Assembly: GCF_000181795.1 (NCBI RefSeq) | Contig: NW_003526943.1 | Location: forward strand, 932,487 to 996,486 | DNA length: 64,000 nt | DNA from: Trichinella spiralis | Taxonomy: Eukaryota | Direction of reading: 5' to 3' | Part shown: positions 60,074 to 64,000 of the stretch, one piece after another | How the letters are laid out: every line of letters starts with the position of its first letter | Numbering within the stretch: the first letter of the stretch is position 1 | The notes under the pieces: model-generated | What the model was told of the DNA's origin: nothing | Seen by the model: the letters and a program-made list of their open reading frames with translations, nothing else | The model's database searches: none | Made by a program: the position numbers and the translations under genes

Positions 60074-61281
60074 ATGTCCGTTGTCAGTCGTGCTCAGGTT
60101 TATGCAGATGTGAATCTTCAAAAACCTCGTGAATATTGGGATTACGAAGCTCATACAATCGAGTGGGGTGATATTGATAATTATCATCTAATTCGCAAGC
60201 TTGGTCGTGGAAAATACAGTGAAGTGTTCGAAGGCATGGACATGAGCAAAGGCGAGTGTGTGGTAATTAAAATTTTAAAGCCAGTAAAGAAGAAGAAAAT
60301 TAAAAGAGAAATTAAAATTTTGGAAAATCTTCGCAACGGTGTGAACGTGATATCGTTGCGAGACGTGGTTAAGGATCCGATGTCACGCACTCCAGCTTTG
60401 ATATTCGAATATGTGAACAATGCAGATTTTAAACAACTTTATCAGACGTTATCCGACTATGACATTCGTTACTACATGTATGAATTGTTGAAAGCGTTAG
60501 ATTTTTCTCACAGTATGGGCATTATGCATCGTGATGTGAAGCCGCACAACGTGATGATTGATCACAAGGCGAGAAAATTGCGCTTAATAGACTGGGGTTT
60601 GGCTGAATTTTATCACCCAGAAGAAGAATATAATGTTCGAGTTGCTTCTCGTTATTTCAAAGGTCCTGAGCTGTTGGTCGATTATCATTATTACGATTAC
60701 AGTTTGGATATGTGGAGTTTGGGTTGTATGTTAGCAAGTATGATTTTTCGAAAGGAGCCATTTTTTCACGGTCATGACAATTACGACCAGTTGGTGCGAA
60801 TAGCAAAAGTACTTGGCACGGACGAGTTGCATGAATATATGAAAAAATATTCAATTGATTTGGATCCCCGGTTCAACGACATTTTAGGCCGACATTCCAG
60901 GAAACGATGGGAACGTTTTGTTCACAGTGAAAACCAGCACTTGGTTTCACCGGAAGCATTAGATTTTTTGGATAAAGTAATATATACATATATGTATAAT
61001 GATATATGTTTGCTGCAGTTTATTTATTATTTTATCAGGTTTTGCGTTACGATCATCAGCAACGATTGACGGCTAAAGAGGCTATGGAACATCCGTATTT
61101 ATTTCCAATACGTGAACAAGAGAAAGAAAATTGGGCAGCAACTAGAGGCGTGCATTCGGGCAGCGCCACGGCCGACACTGGAGCAGAGCCGATGCTATAT
61201 GATGTACGTTACGATGCCACTTCTACTTCTAATACATCTCCATCGGTTGCTCAAGTTTCCGCCAACATGCCGCAAAACTGA
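60074..61281 (+). CDS. CSNK2A1: Casein kinase II catalytic subunit alpha; exons 60074-60976 and 61039-61281
   Basis: [50 protein letters not shown] phase-0 intron (GTAATA...TATCAG) joins LDK|VLRYDHQ. TTTTTCAG acceptor at 60033-60040 upstream of the ATG. Confidence 0.97.
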
Positions 61282-61810
61282 AGCAGTTGAAAAACGGTTT
61301 TTTTTAATTAAAAAAATATTGTTAAATGATGAAATTTCTTGATTTTGACGTTGAAAAATCTTGCTGATTGTGGCTTGAGCTACTTTTAATTTCAAAGTAA
61401 AAAATGTCATCCATTATCATCATCCATTCTTTTAAATATTATAAATTTGTTTTGTAATTTGCATTTGATTCATCATTTTTTCAATTTCACAAAAAAGCAA
61501 ATACTAAATTTATTTACAACATTTTGTTTCGCTTTTTTCTCTTCATTTGTAGAAATTCTTTTAAAAAGTGCTTTGTAAATTGCAATAAATTCAATACACA
61601 CCAAAAGCATATTAAATAATAATTTTATTTTGAACAATTTATGCATCATGTTGAATATTATATTTGAATTTGTTTTCAATGAAGTTGATTTTAATATAGA
61701 AAAGAATATGGTGAATAAGTTTGTTCATGGAACGTGAAATGAGAAATTAAAAATGAAGACAAAATGAAATTTACAAATTGTACGTGAATAAATTAATTGA
61801 ATAAAATCAT

Positions 61811-62713
61811 TCAGATAACTCGCCTTGAATCATTGGTCGATGTTTGCCAGTCGAAGGAGACTTCGTTCGCGTCGATACCGTTGTCGTTTAAAATGCTTTT
61901 CAATTGGTTGATAAACCATTTGTAATTCGGCTTATTTTCATAAGTCATTATTGTCAAAATGTTGACCATTTCAAGCATATGGATCGACATGTTGGCCAGC
62001 AGTATCCTAAACTCTTGGCTTTCTTTCTTTTTCAAAATTTCAGTTTTGCAAGATATTCCTCTCCACGGAAGTTTGCCACTGTACAATTCGGCCAACATGT
62101 ATACCATTGACCAGAGATCATCGTGACGTCCGTATATTTTACCCCGATGCACGTTCGGTGAGCAGTACTGTCTAGTGCCGACAAAAGGTGCCTGAAATTC
62201 TGCCTTGGATTTGAATTTGGTGACAAACTTTTTTGCCAGTCCAAAATCGAAGAGATACAACGTTTTCGAACAGTCTTCTGTCGAACCCATGGCACAGTTG
62301 CTCGGTTTTACATCGCGGTGCACGTAGCCCGTTTCATGCAAATCTTCCAGAGCTTCCACAACTTGTATCCCGATGAAGCAGACGGTTTTGATGGAAAATC
62401 GATGATTCGGCATCTGGTGACGCAGGATGCTCAAATTCGGACCGGTCAATTGCATAACAATGAATGCGGAATTGTTCACCGTGCCCTGGTCGTAAAGGCG
62501 TAAAGCGTGCTTTTTTTTCGACAATAAATTCAACAACGTTTGCTCTTTGATCAAGTTTCCTTCTTGTTGATTTTTCTCCACTTTCATTGCACCTTTCAAC
62601 TTTTTTCTCATTCCTCTGACCAAATGCACACGGCCATACGCACCCATACCAATAACATGATCAACTTTCCAACAGCGGTTCACCACGTCGCCAATTTCAA
62701 AGACGTTTTCCAT
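61811..62713 (-). CDS. CK1-group, tau-tubulin-kinase-like Ser/Thr kinase, intronless, 300 aa
   Basis: IGMGAYGRV, AMKVE, LTGPNL, HRDVKPSN, DFGLAK, FVGTRQYCS and GRHDDLWS, with no APE motif (CK1 group). An in-frame stop lies just upstream of the ATG. Confidence 0.9.
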   Translation of the reverse strand: MENVFEIGDVVNRCWKVDHVIGMGAYGRVHLVRGMRKKLKGAMKVEKNQQEGNLIKEQTLLNLLSKKKHALRLYDQGTVNNSAFIVMQLTGPNLSILRHQMPNHRFSIKTVCFIGIQVVEALEDLHETGYVHRDVKPSNCAMGSTEDCSKTLYLFDFGLAKKFVTKFKSKAEFQAPFVGTRQYCSPNVHRGKIYGRHDDLWSMVYMLAELYSGKLPWRGISCKTEILKKKESQEFRILLANMSIHMLEMVNILTIMTYENKPNYKWFINQLKSILNDNGIDANEVSFDWQTSTNDSRRVI

Positions 62714-64000
62714 TGTTCACGTAACAGAGGAAATGTAAAATTATACGGAGCGGCTAATGTAGAGTCCCAGAACTTGAATAAAGCAGCTTCGGCCAAGAGA
62801 CGACCAACCGAGATAAACGCAACACAAAAATTAAAACGCGGCAACACTGACACAAATATATGTATCGTAAATATATACATATATATATATGTCTGTTGTT
62901 TAAAGTTGAATTTTAAATTTCAACGAAGTACTCGTGTACTTTAAAATAAAGCATCCTGATTGGTCATAATAATTTTGTGGTTCAAATTTTTACGACAAAA
63001 AGAGGTGTAGCAGAACCTGAAAATCAATAAAAAAGTTTCAATTTAAATTGTAATCAATTAACAAGTATAAGTTAAAAAAGTATACTTGAGTGTTCCTCTT
63101 TTTTTTGTAAGAAAAGAGCCAAACATCACATAGTCAAAACACGTTTTTGAATCATTTGCTCAACCAGTTGGAAAATTTTTACAAAAATTTAAATCATCTT
63201 ACGCAATATGTACAAAATCTGAATAAAATTACAACAATTGTTTTGAAAATTTTTAAAGCATTTTTTATCGTATAGTTCTTCAAAAATTGTACCTGCCAGT
63301 AAGTAATGAAATGTTGTGCTGTGTACGATAGAACGAAAAGATGTTACGAACGAGAAAAATTCAGCCTAGTAGTCTGTTGTATTATCATTCTTTGCTCGAG
63401 TTGAGTTAAATTCAAGTAATGATTGATTAATTTTAAAATATTTTGCATCTAATAATTGATACGTTTCCACTATTACAGTCTACTTTATAAATTTTCAATT
63501 TCGAAATATTTGTTTCCATTAGAGTTGTTACATATTGTGTTACGTAAATAAATATACAAATTGCTAATTATGAACAACAAATGGAGAAATGGCAGTTCAG
63601 CAAAAGCATACTGGCATTTTAGTTGAGTTTTATAATAAATAATTCATGATAAATAAAAAATAATAAAAGTCCGTAAAAATTATTATTATTAATTTATTTT
63701 TTAGATAGTTGTTGTTTACTTATTGTTGAATGTTTCTGGAAATATTTGTTGTATGTACAACTAGAGTGTATATTCTACCTGAGCATCGAATGAAATGAAA
63801 ACAGATTAAAAGCAACATTGAAACAGACGACAGTATTAAGAATTATGCAAGTTTGAAAATTTAGTTGAACATTTTGCTTTTTATAAATATTTCACAGTCT
63901 GTAATGTTTACTAAAGTTTTTGTTTTATTACTATTTTTTTCATTTCGAAAACAAAACAAATTTTGTCATGAAGCTTTATTTTCATTCATTCCATTACATT

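Overview
AT-rich eukaryotic genomic DNA, not prokaryotic. Short GT-AG introns with TTTTCAG/TTTTAG acceptors, the gene content and an operon-like gene pair point to a nematode, most likely clade I/Trichinella-like (inference only). Genes in order: 5' part of condensin subunit CAP-D2 (-, runs off the left edge); an intronless bacterial-type amidinotransferase/arginine-dihydrolase-like gene (-); membrane-anchored carboxypeptidase D (-); about 8 kb of noncoding DNA; a large CAP-Gly plus MTUS/Toucan-like coiled-coil gene (+) with a hairpin-bearing tandem array in one intron; intronless BPI/LBP gene 1 (-); checkpoint clamp RAD1 (-); a small KEN-box/D-box gene (-); NCBP2/CBP20 (-); intronless BPI/LBP gene 2 (+); tRNA-Gly(GCC) (-); RAD50 (-); mitochondrial aconitase (-); CK2 alpha (+); and a CK1/TTBK-like kinase (-). 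The best leads are the possibly horizontally acquired ArgZ-like enzyme, the tiny APC/C-degron protein in an operon-like arrangement with RAD1, a Tyr-to-Cys change at a cap-stacking position of CBP20, the CAP-Gly/MTUS architecture, the intronic hairpin array and a pre-miRNA-sized hairpin. No CRISPR, rRNA or intact transposase was seen. Exon boundaries were read by eye, and homology calls rest on recalled motifs, not database searches.
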